Positions 1 through 8,636 of a DNA stretch of 32,000 bases are shown here, piece by piece (position 1 is the first letter of the stretch; every line of letters begins with the position of its first letter). The DNA is from Lachnospiraceae bacterium (GTDB lineage Bacteria; Bacillota; Clostridia; Lachnospirales; Lachnospiraceae), in the NCBI GenBank assembly GCA_029338675.1, contig JAQYAV010000058.1, positions 23,256 to 55,255 of the forward strand, in the 5' to 3' direction. The position numbers were made by a program, and so were the translations under genes. The notes beneath the pieces were generated by a model, which worked only from the letters and a program-made list of their open reading frames with translations, made no database searches and was not told the DNA's origin.

Positions 1-363
1 GCTAGAACTCCTTTTCTTGATACAAGGCTTTATGATGTTGCCTGCCAGATTCCTTCAACATATAAGGTAAGTAAGGAGCAGAGCAAGATTGTATTTAGAA
101 AAGCTTCAAGTAGAATGATTCCTGATGAGGTAGCATTTAGAAGGAAGCTTGGTTTTGCTGTACCTGCTAGAGTGTGGATGCAAGAAGAAAAGTATCTTAA
201 TATGATTAAAGATAAGTTTACAAGCGACAACGCAGCTAAATTCTTTGATATAAATAAGATTACAGCAATGCTTGATGAAGAACACTTTGCTAAACCAGAT
301 AACTGGAGAAAAGTATGGTGTATATATGTATTTTTAGTATGGTATGAGCAGTATTTTGCATAG
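1..363 (+). CDS. asnB: Asparagine synthase (glutamine-hydrolysing), C-terminal fragment; 5' end lies outside the window
   Basis: Frame 1 is open from base 1 (ARTPFLDTRLYDVACQIPSTYKV...) and continues into the listed 82-aa ORF. The tail ...FRRKLGFAVPARVWMQEE...VWYEQYFA looks like an AsnB C-terminus. Stop TAG at 361-363. Confidence 0.75.
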   Translation, partial: ARTPFLDTRLYDVACQIPSTYKVSKEQSKIVFRKASSRMIPDEVAFRRKLGFAVPARVWMQEEKYLNMIKDKFTSDNAAKFFDINKITAMLDEEHFAKPDNWRKVWCIYVFLVWYEQYFA

Positions 364-372
364 AAAATTATT

Positions 373-398
373 AGGACACTATTGAAAAATAGTGTCCT
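373..398. terminator. Hairpin between convergent asnB and the alarmone synthetase gene; possible bidirectional terminator
   Basis: aggacactatt-gaaa-aatagtgtcct gives an 11-bp perfect stem. It overlaps the last codons of the minus-strand gene, and the flanks are T-rich on both strands. Confidence 0.45.
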
Positions 399-1062
399 TA
401 ATTTCTTTCATCTGATCATCTAATATGGCACTTAATTTTGCACATTGGTAGAGCTTAGTAGATGTTTGCTCATGTATATTTGCAGGAACATCTTTTTTGT
501 ATCTAAGCTGGTGTTCAAGATTAGCCCAAAATTCCATAGCAATAGTTCTAAGCTGAACCTCGACCTTCATAAGTTTTTTCTCGTTTTGTAAGAATATTGG
601 AACCTCAACAATCAAATGGAGACTTCTGTAACCATTTGGCTTAGGCTTTTTAATATAATCCTTTTTCTCAATAAGAGTAATATCGTCTTGCTGTAATAAA
701 CAATCTGCAAGCATATATATATCATCAATAAAGGAACAAACAATTCTTATACCTGCAATATCAAATATATTGTTGACTATTGCTTCTTGTGTAAATGGAA
801 GCTTCTTTCTAACAAGCTTGTCGCAAATGCTTTCAGGTGATTTAAGTCGACTTTGGATATTGTCAATTGGATTTCTATCGTGAAGTAAAGAAAAACGTTC
901 GTTTAATACCTTGAATTTAGTTTCTACTTCCATAATTGCACAACGGTAGCAAGATAGTAGATCTTTTGAAGACTCAAGTAGCAAACGTAGGTTTTTGATA
1001 TCCTCGTCATTAACATTACTTAATATACTATTATGTGAAAATGGAAAACTATTGCTGTTCAA
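379..1062 (-). CDS. Small alarmone synthetase (RelA/SpoT-domain GTP pyrophosphokinase, RelQ/RelP type)
   Basis: 227 aa is the single-domain size. It has synthetase-core motifs IAGIRIVCSF, GYRSLHLIV and VEVQLRTIAMEFWANLEHQLRYK. Confidence 0.85.
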   Translation of the reverse strand: MNSNSFPFSHNSILSNVNDEDIKNLRLLLESSKDLLSCYRCAIMEVETKFKVLNERFSLLHDRNPIDNIQSRLKSPESICDKLVRKKLPFTQEAIVNNIFDIAGIRIVCSFIDDIYMLADCLLQQDDITLIEKKDYIKKPKPNGYRSLHLIVEVPIFLQNEKKLMKVEVQLRTIAMEFWANLEHQLRYKKDVPANIHEQTSTKLYQCAKLSAILDDQMKEIKDTIFQ

Positions 1063-1256
1063 TATGCTTCATCCTTTCTAGTAAAAAATAAGTGTTGACT
1101 ATAATCAAATTTTGATAGGCGATTTGCTTTAATTGATAATTTAAAATATCCTAATCAAAAATAAGATATGTGATAAACACAACACTAATGATATTATATG
1201 AAATATTAAATATAAAATCAACTGACATAAGTACAAGGAAAAGGGGGGGGATTTTA

Positions 1257-1284
1257 TTGACAAAATAGTATATACATATATAAT
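1257..1284 (+). promoter_or_regulatory. Candidate sigma-A promoter for the ABC operon
   Basis: TTGACA (1257-1262), 16-nt spacer, TATAAT (1279-1284). A G8 tract lies immediately upstream at 1243-1250. Confidence 0.45.
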
Positions 1285-1308
1285 GTTAATAGTAATTAAA
1301 TTATGGAA

Positions 1309-1354
1309 TTATTGCGGTAATACAATTATGATATTATCGTAGTAATTTATTTTT
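1309..1354 (+). terminator. Leader hairpin plus T-run (possible attenuator) between the promoter and the ABC ATPase gene
   Basis: ttattgcggtaata / tattatcgtagtaa forms a 14-bp stem if three G-U pairs are allowed, with a 9-nt loop, followed by tttattttt. Confidence 0.4.
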
Positions 1355-1419
1355 AGATTATATAGTATAATAGAATGATTTAAAATTCAGTAAAGTGGAG
1401 CTGATAGGAGGAATAATAC

Positions 1420-2124
1420 ATGCTAGAATGTAGAAATTTAGTAAAGAAATATCTTACAACTACAGCTGTTGATGGCGTTAGTCTTAACATTGTACCTGGA
1501 CAGATATATGCTTTGTTAGGACCAAATGGAAGTGGTAAGTCAACACTTATGAAGATGATTGCTGGAATTTCAAAGCCATCTTCTGGTGAGATATATCTTG
1601 ATGGTGAGCCTTTGAATTATAAGCATAAGGCGAGAATAGCTTATATGTCTACGGAGGCATATTTCTTCCCATATATGAATTCCCTTGATATTATAAAATA
1701 TTACAGCGACTTCTTTGAGGATTTCAATAAAGAAAAGGCACTTTACATAATTAGACAGATGGGCTTAAATGAGAAGCAGAAGGTTAAAACAATGTCTACT
1801 GGTATGATGGCTAAGCTTAAGATAGCAATTAACCTAAGCAGAGCAAGTGAGATTATTATGTTAGATGAGCCTCTTAATGGTATTGATGTTATTGCCAGAG
1901 AGCAGATTCTTGTGACAATAATGCAGAATATGAATCCAAATACTTCAGTTATTATGTCAAGCCACCTTGTTGAAGAGTTAGAGAAGATTGTTACATATGC
2001 AATTTATATTAGGAATGGACAGTGCGTATTACAGGGGGATGCTAATATGCTAAGAGAACAGTCAGGTAAGTCAATTGTTGATCTTTATAAGCAGATATAT
2101 GCATATGGTAATATGATGCCATAA
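1420..2124 (+). CDS. ABC transporter ATP-binding protein
   Basis: Walker A GPNGSGKST, signature MSTGMMAKL, Walker B IIMLDEPLNG and H-loop SSH. GGAGG lies upstream of the ATG. Confidence 0.9.
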   Translation: MLECRNLVKKYLTTTAVDGVSLNIVPGQIYALLGPNGSGKSTLMKMIAGISKPSSGEIYLDGEPLNYKHKARIAYMSTEAYFFPYMNSLDIIKYYSDFFEDFNKEKALYIIRQMGLNEKQKVKTMSTGMMAKLKIAINLSRASEIIMLDEPLNGIDVIAREQILVTIMQNMNPNTSVIMSSHLVEELEKIVTYAIYIRNGQCVLQGDANMLREQSGKSIVDLYKQIYAYGNMMP

Positions 2125-2160
2125 TAAGAATGAAAATTGTTATATTTGGAGGAATAGAAT

Positions 2161-2913
2161 ATGTTAAAGATGATAAAATATGAATACCGAAGAATAATCG
2201 GTTTTCTTGGAATAGTGTTCGGTTCGCTAGTTGTATTGGAAATATTATTTTTATTAGGTAGTGCTCTTGATATGAACGGAATATCCGCTTTTAGTTTCGC
2301 AGTGCTTACACTAGAAATATCATTAGGGTACATTGTTATTTTATCAGCAGGAATAAAGACATACAGTGATGACTTGAAGAAAAAAGAAGGATATTTAGTT
2401 TTCATGACACCTATTTCAAGCTATGGAATTCTTGCTGCAAAGATGATTTCAACATTTTTGGCAGGTGTATCCTTTGTTGTGATTTCAGTTATTTTTGAAA
2501 TGATTAATTTTGATATCATTGGTGCTGAATTCAATATTAAGGAGTTTATGAATTTTATGGCATTTGCATTTAAAGATGCAGGGATAGATTATAGACTCGC
2601 CATATTTATTGCATTTTTACTATTTTTGATTGCATTTTATATGATTATTACAATGGCTTATTTTGCAATATCAATTAGTGCAACAATATTGCAAAACAAA
2701 AAGGGAAAGGGCATTATTAGTGTCGTGATATTTGTAGTGTTTTATATCATTATCACTATTGTTGCTGATGCTGTTAAGCCAGATGTAGTAACAATAAATA
2801 ATTTTTCAGATGCAATGTTAAGTGTGTTGCCACAGTATATTGTATATTTGACTGTAGCTGTGCTTTCGTATTTTGGGGCAGCGTATTTGCTTGATAAAAA
2901 GATAAGTTTATAA
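2161..2913 (+). CDS. Polytopic membrane protein, putative permease partner of the upstream ABC ATPase
   Basis: 250 aa with about six hydrophobic segments. It starts 36 nt after the ATPase stop and has a GGAGG RBS. I recognise no specific family signature. Confidence 0.6.
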   Translation: MLKMIKYEYRRIIGFLGIVFGSLVVLEILFLLGSALDMNGISAFSFAVLTLEISLGYIVILSAGIKTYSDDLKKKEGYLVFMTPISSYGILAAKMISTFLAGVSFVVISVIFEMINFDIIGAEFNIKEFMNFMAFAFKDAGIDYRLAIFIAFLLFLIAFYMIITMAYFAISISATILQNKKGKGIISVVIFVVFYIIITIVADAVKPDVVTINNFSDAMLSVLPQYIVYLTVAVLSYFGAAYLLDKKISL

Positions 2914-2924
2914 GGTTTATATTA

Positions 2925-2990
2925 TAAAAAAAGCTTCGTGCTATATGAGTTATTGCTTAGACAATGCTTGGTATAGTGTGAAGCTTTTTT
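2925..2990 (+). terminator. Long imperfect hairpin with T-run after the ABC operon
   Basis: aaaaaagcttcgtgctata ... tatagtgtgaagctttttt has outer arms complementary with G-U pairs and ends in T6. Confidence 0.5.
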
Positions 2991-3326
2991 AGTAAATATA
3001 ATTTAGTAAAAAGCTGCTTTACTAATGTTAGGCATTATAGAAAAAAAATAGTATATTAATGACATTCATTATAGAAAAAATGCTGAAATAAAAGTAAAAT
3101 ACATACGTAAAGAAATCGACAAAAATAAGGCAATGTGGTATGATTTGCATAGGAGCATCAGACTATTTTGTTGGCAGAGTTTGTTGCAAATAATAATAAA
3201 AATATTTTAGTTTTAGTAAAACCATTAGAGATAAAAAAGATAAGGCAAACATTGTTTAGGTTTGTAAAAAACAACAATAATTCCAGACAGAATTAAGAGG
3301 TCTGCTGTTATATGGGAGGAAACCAT

Positions 3327-6188
3327 ATGAATGAATTAAGTACACAAATTATAAACGAATATTTTGATGCGAACAACATCGGTTTATGGAAAAGAGAATT
3401 AGAAGATGGTGTTACTGTCAGGTTATTTGCGGATAATACTATGCTAGAATTGTTAGGCGCACCTAAGAACCTGACACCAGAGGAATGTTGCGAATTCTTT
3501 ATGAAACACATTTATCCAGAAGATATGTATCTTATGGCTGAATATGATCAGGAACTGCTAAATGGAATGGCTGAGGTTGTTTATCGTTATAATCATCCAA
3601 CACAAGGACTAATTTATGTACGTTGTGGTGGAAGAATGACAAAGAAGATTGGAAATAAAGTGACTTTTGTAGGATATCACAAGGAATTATCAGACACTAT
3701 TCATGTGGAGAATGGAGAAGAGATAACTGGAAATCTGATGCGCAGAAGTCGTGAATTGCAGTTACAGAAATCACAGGCATATTACAGAAGATTAATGGAT
3801 CATATAAATTGTGGAATTGTTGAATATACCTTAGAGAGTAATGCGATTCAGTATTCCAATGCAGAGATGCTCAAAATATTTGGCGTAAAAAGTATTGAAG
3901 AATTTCAGGAAAACATTCATGATTTTGTGAAAAATACAACATATGAGGATCCGTCTGTAACCAAGGTGCTTCGTAAGCTTTTAACTGAAGATGGAGGAGT
4001 TGATTTTGAAGGTACTATTACTAGATTGGATGGACAAACTCGAAATATTATTGCCCATATAGAAACTGTAACTAGCCTTCATGGAGAACGTTCAGCATTC
4101 ACTACTTTTTTAGATATTACAGAAAACAGAGCTCTTAAGGCGAACAAGCATATTTTTGATACATTATGTAAAGATTATTTAACCTTTTTCTTTATAGATT
4201 TTAAAAAGAAAAAAGTAATCGCTCTAAAGAAAAATCAAAGAATACGTGAAATTGATAGGCAAAATCTTTATGAAGAAGACTTTGAAATGTATGATAGAAA
4301 TTTAAGAGATTATTATGAAAAATATGTGGATAAAGAGTCTGCAGCTGACTATGTGAATAAATTAAGTCTTGGTACATTGAAAAAACAATTGGAAACAATT
4401 CCAACGTTTACATATCGCTTTAACACAAATGACGTGGTGGATAAGCATTATTTCGAGGTGTTTGTTGCTAAAGCAGAAGGAATAGAAGATGCAGCAGTTA
4501 TGGGATACCGCCTGATTGATGATATTATTGTAGAGGAAGAAGAAAAAAAGAAACAACTTGAGAAAGAACATCATCTTTTGATGGAACAAAACAAAATTAT
4601 TCATGGTCTTTCTAAGGACTATACAACGGTATGGTTTGTTTCTGAAAATGGTGAATCAAGTATTAAGTATCAAGATACTGGAATGGGTAAAAATGTAAGA
4701 GATGATGATTTCTTTTCGAATAATGATAAATCATATGAGGAGGGTATGAAGGAATATATTGAGCGATTTGTGTGTGATGAGGATAAAGAGCGATTTGCAC
4801 GTAAAACAAAATATGAAGTTGTGCTTAAAGCCATACACAGCCAGCCTATATATAGTATTGTCTTTGGAAGATATTTTAGAAATAAAAAATATTATTTCCA
4901 AGTCAGCTTTGCTTTGACTGATCCTAACGGAATGAACAATGATTTTGTTATGGGATTTAAGAACGTTGATGATGTTGTTATGGCTGAAAGACAAAAAAAT
5001 GAAGAGCTTGCTATAGCCCTGAAAAAAGCTGAAGTGGCAAATATAGCCAAAACTCAGTTCCTTAATAACATGTCTCATGATATTAGAACACCAATGAATG
5101 CACTTCTTGGATACACAAATATTATGAAAAATGAAAAGGATCCTGCTAAAATAGCATCTTATCAGGAAAAAATAGAACAGTCGGGGAAATTACTTTTATC
5201 GATTATTAATAACGTTCTTGATATGGCACATATTGAAAGTGGCAAAATTAAATTAGATGAAAATTGTGTAAAAACTGGTGGCACTGCAAAGGAGATAGTA
5301 GAAGTATTTGAATCAGAAGCAGAGAAAAAAGGAATCAAAATTACATATAATGGAATTTTTGAATCAAAATATGTAATGTGTGACGAAACTAAGTTGAGAG
5401 AAATATATATTAATCTAATTAGCAATGCTATTAAATATACTTTGCCAGGTGGAAAAATTGCAGTAAAAATAAGAGAACTTCCATGTGAAAAAGAGGGCTA
5501 TGTAAGAATTCAATCTGAGGTGATAGATACTGGAATTGGAATGAGCAAGGAGTTCCTTAAGAGGATATATGAGCCATTTTCACGTGAACGAAATACAACT
5601 ATAGGCAAAGTTGGTGGAACTGGATTAGGAATGCCAATTGTTAAGAAGTATTTGGATATGATGGGAGCGTCAATAAAAGTAAAAAGTGAACTTGGAAAAG
5701 GTACCCATTATACAATATTATTTGAACATAAGCTTGCAGATAAAGCATATTATGAACAAATGAATAGTGAGCCATCTGATATAGATATTAAAGAACAAAT
5801 CAAAGGTAAACGAATATTATTAGCAGAGGATAATGAACTTAATGCTGAAATTGCAATTAATATATTAGAGGATATGGGATTGGTTATTGATCGTGTTGAG
5901 GATGGAATTCAGTGTGTAGACAAGGTTGAGACTATGCCAGCAGGAAGCTATGATTTAATTCTTATGGATATTCAGATGCCAAATATGGATGGATATAAAG
6001 CTACGCAGGTTATAAGATTTTTTAAGGATGAAGAAAAATCAAAAATACCTATTGTTGCTATGACAGCAAATGCTTTTGAAGAGGATAGAAGGAAAGCATT
6101 TGAAATAGGTATGAATGGACATATAGCAAAGCCGATTTCCATTGATAATATTAAAAAAACATTAGCACCATTATTGAAAAATAAATAG
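3327..6188 (+). CDS. Hybrid sensor histidine kinase/response regulator (cytoplasmic PAS-type N-terminal region, HisKA, HATPase_c, C-terminal REC)
   Basis: H-box NMSHDIRTPMNA, N-box NLISNAIKYT, G-boxes DTGIGM and GGTGLGM, then REC (ILLAEDNELN...LILMDIQMPNMDG...AKP). There are no TM segments. I prefer the start at 3327 because GGGAGGA lies 6 nt upstream; the ORF track starts at 3312. Confidence 0.9.
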   Translation: MNELSTQIINEYFDANNIGLWKRELEDGVTVRLFADNTMLELLGAPKNLTPEECCEFFMKHIYPEDMYLMAEYDQELLNGMAEVVYRYNHPTQGLIYVRCGGRMTKKIGNKVTFVGYHKELSDTIHVENGEEITGNLMRRSRELQLQKSQAYYRRLMDHINCGIVEYTLESNAIQYSNAEMLKIFGVKSIEEFQENIHDFVKNTTYEDPSVTKVLRKLLTEDGGVDFEGTITRLDGQTRNIIAHIETVTSLHGERSAFTTFLDITENRALKANKHIFDTLCKDYLTFFFIDFKKKKVIALKKNQRIREIDRQNLYEEDFEMYDRNLRDYYEKYVDKESAADYVNKLSLGTLKKQLETIPTFTYRFNTNDVVDKHYFEVFVAKAEGIEDAAVMGYRLIDDIIVEEEEKKKQLEKEHHLLMEQNKIIHGLSKDYTTVWFVSENGESSIKYQDTGMGKNVRDDDFFSNNDKSYEEGMKEYIERFVCDEDKERFARKTKYEVVLKAIHSQPIYSIVFGRYFRNKKYYFQVSFALTDPNGMNNDFVMGFKNVDDVVMAERQKNEELAIALKKAEVANIAKTQFLNNMSHDIRTPMNALLGYTNIMKNEKDPAKIASYQEKIEQSGKLLLSIINNVLDMAHIESGKIKLDENCVKTGGTAKEIVEVFESEAEKKGIKITYNGIFESKYVMCDETKLREIYINLISNAIKYTLPGGKIAVKIRELPCEKEGYVRIQSEVIDTGIGMSKEFLKRIYEPFSRERNTTIGKVGGTGLGMPIVKKYLDMMGASIKVKSELGKGTHYTILFEHKLADKAYYEQMNSEPSDIDIKEQIKGKRILLAEDNELNAEIAINILEDMGLVIDRVEDGIQCVDKVETMPAGSYDLILMDIQMPNMDGYKATQVIRFFKDEEKSKIPIVAMTANAFEEDRRKAFEIGMNGHIAKPISIDNIKKTLAPLLKNK

Positions 6189-6209
6189 TGATAGTATAAT
6201 GTAAAATTA

Positions 6210-6890
6210 TTAATTGTCTGTATGGAAATGTTTTAATATTTTGAAGCTGCTACGATTAGTTTCAATAATGCCTTGTTTGACCAGTTTGCTTATTTCGGCA
6301 GACATGGCGCTTCTTTCTACTCCTAAATAGTCAGCAAGACTTTGGCGGTCAAATGGAATAGTAAATTCATTTGATCGCTGTTTTTTTGCCTGATCATTTA
6401 GGTATGCCATTATTTTTTCTCTAGTAGTTTTGTGAGAAATATATTGAAGCTTTTGGTTTAGCATAAGATTTTTCTTCGCCACGATATTAAGAAGATTTTC
6501 GATTATTGTATGATGAAATTCACAACCGTTACTACAAGAAGAAAATAATTTATCACTGTTAATAAACATAATATCTGTGTCATCACAAGATAGAATATCC
6601 ACAGGAAGAGTTGTTAATCCTGCACATGCAAAGGCTTCAGCAAAAAGAGCTCCTTTGTTAAGGGAGGAAGTAATGCTACGTTTACCATAGAAATCATCAG
6701 TGAGAATCTGAATATTTCCAGATAATACAATACCGATAAAGTTTGCTGGATCACCAGATAGCTTAATATATTCATCTTTTTTGTAGGATTTAATATAGGT
6801 TTCAAGCCTTTTAAGAAGAATGGGAATATTATCTTTAGATATTCCATTAAATAAAGGTAATTTTGTTAAAATATTAATGTAATTATCCAT
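6210..6890 (-). CDS. Crp/Fnr family transcriptional regulator
   Basis: N-terminal cNMP-binding-like fold (LPLFNGIS...GALFAEA) and C-terminal HTH (QSLADYLGVERSAMSAEISKLVKQGII). Confidence 0.9.
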   Translation of the reverse strand: MDNYINILTKLPLFNGISKDNIPILLKRLETYIKSYKKDEYIKLSGDPANFIGIVLSGNIQILTDDFYGKRSITSSLNKGALFAEAFACAGLTTLPVDILSCDDTDIMFINSDKLFSSCSNGCEFHHTIIENLLNIVAKKNLMLNQKLQYISHKTTREKIMAYLNDQAKKQRSNEFTIPFDRQSLADYLGVERSAMSAEISKLVKQGIIETNRSSFKILKHFHTDN

Positions 6891-6906
6891 AAAAAACTCC
6901 TTTTTT

Positions 6907-7092
6907 GAAGATACTAGTATAATTATATAAAAATTTATCTCATGAAGATACTAATGAAATTATATAAAAAATTCATTTCATGAAGATATTAATGAAATTA
7001 TATAAAAAATTATCTCATGAGGATAATAATGAAATTATATAAAAATTTATTTCATGAAGATACTAATGAAATTATATAAAAATTTATTTTGT
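6907..7092. repeat. Tandem direct repeat, 37-38 bp x5, in the divergent Crp/Fnr - Fe-S operon intergenic region
   Basis: Units start at 6907, 6944, 6982, 7019 and 7056, with consensus gaagatactaatgaaattatataaaaatttatttcat. Unit junctions create ATTTCAT-N10-ATGAAAT palindromes, perfect at 6975-6998 and 7049-7072. Confidence 0.9.
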
Positions 7093-7168
7093 TGGAAATA
7101 CAACATAATATTTATTTATATAATAGTATTATAACCACATAAAGTAAAGATAAAGGAGAAAATCTAAT

Positions 7169-7423
7169 ATGCTTAGGCAAATTATACGCATTGATGAAGA
7201 TAAATGTAATGGCTGTGGAATATGTGCAAATGCATGTCATGAGGGTGCTATTGAGATAATAGATGGAAAGGCAAAGCTTGTAAGAGAGCATTTTTGCGAC
7301 GGATTTGGCGATTGTCTTCCAGGATGTCCAACAGGAGCGATTACATTTGAAACAAGAGAAGCTCCAGAGTATGATGAGGCAGCAGTAAAGGCTGCACAAC
7401 AGGCAAAGGAAAATGCTAAATAA
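7169..7423 (+). CDS. 4Fe-4S dicluster-domain protein, N-terminal portion of an interrupted gene
   Basis: Cluster motifs CNGCGICANACHEG and CDGFGDCLPGCPTGA. AAAGGAG RBS upstream. The TAA at 7421-7423 is in the same frame as the next ORF. Confidence 0.8.
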   Translation: MLRQIIRIDEDKCNGCGICANACHEGAIEIIDGKAKLVREHFCDGFGDCLPGCPTGAITFETREAPEYDEAAVKAAQQAKENAK

Positions 7424-7468
7424 TATAATAAGCAGGAACATAATGGGGGATGTCCAGGAACAAAGATA

Positions 7469-7894
7469 ATGCAAATTAACCAAAAGAACCAAGAAAATCA
7501 GGTACAGGATAGTAGTTGTGTAAAATATAGTTCCAGATTGCAGAACTGGCCAGTACAGATTAAGTTAGCACCAATCAAGGCACCTTATTTTGAGGGCGCA
7601 AAATTGCTGATTGCCGCAGATTGTACAGCATATGCATATGCTTCATTCCATGAGGAATTCATTAAAGGAAAGATTACGCTTATTGGATGTCCAAAGCTAG
7701 ATGATGTTCAATATAGCGAAAAGCTTACACAAATTATAACAAATAATAGTATTCAATCAGTAACTATTGTAAGAATGGAAGTGCCTTGTTGTGGAGGCTT
7801 GGAGCTTTCAGCAAAAAATGCTTTGCAGGCAAGTGGGAAATTTATTCCTTGGCAGGTTGTTACAATAGGAATTGATGGAAATATAGTAGAGTAA
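7469..7894 (+). CDS. C-terminal portion of the same Fe-S protein family (Cys-rich, CPKLD...PCCGG)
   Basis: It is in the same reading frame as 7169-7423. The frame is open from 7424 (YNKQEHNGGCPGTKIMQ...), so only the TAA separates the two pieces. From memory, single-chain homologues have GCPG and QWPVQIKL in this order. Confidence 0.7.
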   Translation: MQINQKNQENQVQDSSCVKYSSRLQNWPVQIKLAPIKAPYFEGAKLLIAADCTAYAYASFHEEFIKGKITLIGCPKLDDVQYSEKLTQIITNNSIQSVTIVRMEVPCCGGLELSAKNALQASGKFIPWQVVTIGIDGNIVE

Positions 7895-7910
7895 AATAGG
7901 AGATAAAATT

Positions 7911-8234
7911 ATGTACAAGAACATTGAAAAAAAGACAAAGCTTAACTTAAAGGATCAAATTGAATATCAGGCAGGTCAGGTAGTAAGTAAAACATTAGTT
8001 CAAAATGAGTCTGTAAGTATGACAATTTTCTCATTTGATAAAGGAGAAGAGATATCTACTCATGCAGCTGGTGGAGATGCAATGGTAACTGTATTAGAGG
8101 GAAAAGGAAGATTTACTGTAGCTGATGAAGTATTTTATCTTGAAGCAGGAGAAACACTTATTATGCCAAAAGACATTCCTCATGCAGTTTACGGAGAAGA
8201 AAAATTCAAGATGCAGCTTGTAGTATCATATTAG
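7911..8234 (+). CDS. Cupin domain protein
   Basis: 107 aa with cupin motifs (STHAAGGDAMVTVLEGKG...GETLIMPKDIPHAV). It starts 16 nt after the previous ORF and has a GGAG RBS. Confidence 0.8.
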   Translation: MYKNIEKKTKLNLKDQIEYQAGQVVSKTLVQNESVSMTIFSFDKGEEISTHAAGGDAMVTVLEGKGRFTVADEVFYLEAGETLIMPKDIPHAVYGEEKFKMQLVVSY

Positions 8235-8492
8235 TGGGAAGAATTACGCAGATGGTTTTATTGTTTCTTGCAATCCTATCATATGCACACCGCCAATATT
8301 GTATATGCAAATTATATCGTTGTTTGTATATGTTCTAAAGGTCAAAATTTGTAAATTTTACAAATACATGATTTTGTTGTGGCATAGCCAAAGCAATAAA
8401 CATAAAAAATGATATGCGCATAAAAAGCAATAAATATTATAAAAATATATTATATTTTATTCATAAAAAGTTATATGCTAGAATATACTTAT

Positions 8493-8621
8493 TAAAAAGG
8501 AGTAGCTAGCCAATGAAATTTGGTTCACTTCTTCGTCAGGACAGTTATTGTGACATATAACTCGGAAAGTGATGAAATAGCGAGACTTTTACTGCTTATG
8601 CGGTAGGAGTCTCTTTTTTTT
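8493..8621 (+). promoter_or_regulatory. yybP-ykoY (Mn2+) riboswitch-like leader with intrinsic-terminator expression platform
   Basis: The conserved blocks occur in the right order: AAAAAGGAGUAGC (8493-8507), UUGUGACAUA (8548-8557) and AGCGAGACUUUU (8578-8589). The A-rich 5' end can pair with CUUUU as P1. The terminator is gagacttttactgc-ttat-gcggtaggagtctc plus T8 (8582-8621), and its 5' arm overlaps the P1 3' strand. A TGcTAGAAT-like -10 lies near 8476-8484. Confidence 0.65.
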
Positions 8622-8636
8622 CCTACTGCAAAATAA

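Noticed and set aside
379-1062. Small alarmone synthetase as a toxSAS toxin-antitoxin or defence module.
   Set aside because: Its size and motifs fit housekeeping RelQ/RelP enzymes. No small co-directional partner ORF is adjacent; the neighbours are convergent asnB and a divergent ABC operon.
4201-5425. A series of minus-strand ORFs (4201-4404, 4362-4604, 4731-5078, 5162-5425) inside the hybrid kinase gene. Similar antisense or alternate-frame ORFs occur at 30-230, 2085-2405, 3308-3511, 6614-6847, 7112-7492, 8717-9064, 9215-9697, 12152-13753, 14440-14628, 19772-20053, 20360-20629, 22170-22799, 22774-22983, 23200-23520, 24015-24895, 25565-25777, 26630-26833, 28198-28837 and 29407-30297.
   Set aside because: They are shadow ORFs opposite to, or out of frame with, CDSs that have clear family motifs. 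Their translations are Leu/Ile/Phe/Ser-rich with no motifs or RBS.
6907-7092. Possible CRISPR array; the same question applies to 15061-15172 and 16282-16425.
   Set aside because: The units are contiguous head-to-tail with no unique spacers. There are no cas genes in the window. The unit sequences are AT-rich without the typical CRISPR repeat features.
8347-8365. Perfect 19-bp palindrome ATTTGTAAA-T-TTTACAAAT downstream of the cupin gene, reminiscent of TGTAAA half-sites.
   Set aside because: It is very AT-rich, and by rough estimate palindromes of this length are expected by chance about once in 32 kb of this composition for a fixed arm spacing. The spacing is unlike the bioO site, and there is no obvious target promoter.
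8513-8560. A 15-codon ORF (MKFGSLLRQDSYCDI) preceded by AAAGGAG, which looks like a leader peptide or small protein gene.
   Set aside because: The apparent SD (GGAGUAGC) is the conserved 5' block of the yybP-ykoY aptamer, and the ORF lies wholly within the predicted aptamer helices. The riboswitch explains the region better.
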